Source of the DNA: a virus
Virus record (IMG/VR): IMGVR_UViG_3300036791_001321
Span: 1-40,855 of that record
Length of the DNA stretch: 40,855 nt
Strand: one strand, 5' to 3'
A program made the position numbers and the translations under genes. This document shows, piece by piece, positions 40,501-40,855 of this stretch (positions are counted from its first letter, which is position 1; every line of letters starts with the position of its first letter). The notes beneath the pieces were generated by a model, which was not told the origin of the DNA, searched no databases, and worked only from the letters and a program-made list of their open reading frames with translations.

Positions 40501-40855
40501 ATGTATATGCCAACCAAGCCGGAGGATTTTGAACTCGCCCCCGCGGGCTCGCATCTCGCGCGCTGCTATCGTGTGATCGACCTCGGCACGCAACGCGGCG
40601 AATACAACGGCGAGGAAAAATTCCAGCACAAGATTTTTATCGGATGGGAACTCTATTGCGACGAGCACTTGAAAGACGGGCGACCCTACGTCATCGGCAA
40701 GCGCTACACGTTCTCAAGCTCGGACAAATCGACCTTGCGCAAGGATTTGGAATCATGGCGCGGGCGCAAGTTCGAGGATGCCGACTTTGGCCCCAACGGG
40801 TTCAGCATCGAGAAACTCCTCGGTGTGCCGTGCATGATCGCGGTCACGCACGCGG
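40501..40855 (+). CDS. SSB-like / DUF669-like phage protein, N-terminal part (continues at 1..399)
   Basis: The ATG at 40501 opens MYMPTKPEDFELAPAGSHLARCYRVIDLGTQ, and the ORF runs off the contig end in frame with 1..399. The joined product would be 208 aa. Confidence 0.7.
   Translation, partial: MYMPTKPEDFELAPAGSHLARCYRVIDLGTQRGEYNGEEKFQHKIFIGWELYCDEHLKDGRPYVIGKRYTFSSSDKSTLRKDLESWRGRKFEDADFGPNGFSIEKLLGVPCMIAVTHA
40729..40855 (+). repeat. Terminal overlap copy B, identical to 1-127
   Basis: Read directly. See copy A. Confidence 0.95.

Larger units (their letters stand above)
1..40855. mobile_element. Complete circularly assembled temperate phage genome, podovirus-like gene set
   Basis: The terminal 127 nt duplicate the first 127 nt and close the circle in frame within one ORF. 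The minus strand carries a terminase-portal-scaffold-capsid-fibre block. The plus strand carries integrase, an excisionase-like gene, an attP-like site and a CI-like repressor. No tape-measure, sheath or tube-like ORF was seen. Confidence 0.8.

Noticed and set aside
1-40855. CRISPR array, retron or diversity-generating retroelement
   Set aside because: No array of regularly spaced repeats of at least 20 nt was found, and all repeat clusters are short (9-19 nt, 2-6 copies). I saw no reverse-transcriptase-like ORF (no YxDD-type motif), so the similarity between the two fibre genes is not a TR/VR pair.

Overview
The window is one complete, circularly assembled phage genome. The last 127 nt (40729-40855) repeat the first 127 nt, which gives about 40,728 bp of unique sequence, and the junction falls inside a single ORF. 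The phage looks temperate and short-tailed (podovirus-like), with no tape-measure, sheath or tube-like ORF. It is GC-rich by eye. A GcrA-like domain, a CcrM-class methyltransferase, DnaA-like modules and a tRNA-Pro-like att core suggest an alphaproteobacterial host.

Minus strand, 38149 down to 4779, appears to be one long leftward transcription unit:
- a cro-like gene followed by an intrinsic terminator
- DUF1064-like nuclease, N6/N4 DNA methyltransferase, sugar-1-P nucleotidyltransferase and hexapeptide acetyltransferase
- a DnaA-domain-IV-like protein and a DUF1376/DnaA-N-like initiator carrying an internal inverted repeat plus iterons
- about 950 bp with no convincing ORF
- a chain of small coupled genes, including XRE and GcrA-like regulators and a ParB-like protein
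- a Cro/YdaS-like HTH gene followed by a strong terminator
- terS, terL, portal, scaffold and major capsid, then a terminator
- two glycosyltransferase-like genes, an adaptor-like gene, two tail fibres with S74 chaperone domains, a nozzle-like protein, a GNAT protein and low-complexity internal virion proteins

Plus strand:
- a CI-like repressor with a degenerate S24 catalytic dyad
- a YqaJ-like exonuclease and an SSB-like protein with a DDDAIPF tail that spans the contig junction
- a C5 DNA methyltransferase, an excisionase-like HTH protein and a tyrosine integrase
- an attP-like region containing the 5' half of a tRNA-Pro(GGG) flanked by six CCGCACA repeats
- a cargo (moron) pair: an orphan HisF2/WbuZ-like protein and a small membrane protein

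Main hunt results:
- a dispersed phage glycan toolkit spread over three genome modules
- a lambda-O-style origin inside the initiator gene
- an unexplained, structured ORF-poor region
- internal terminators implying antitermination, with no recognisable N or Q
- a probably non-cleavable repressor flanked by related palindromes
- a 19-nt exact repeat bracketing the immunity/early module

All functional calls come from motif reading by eye, with no database search. Coordinates of non-ORF features are hand-counted and may be off by 1-2 nt.
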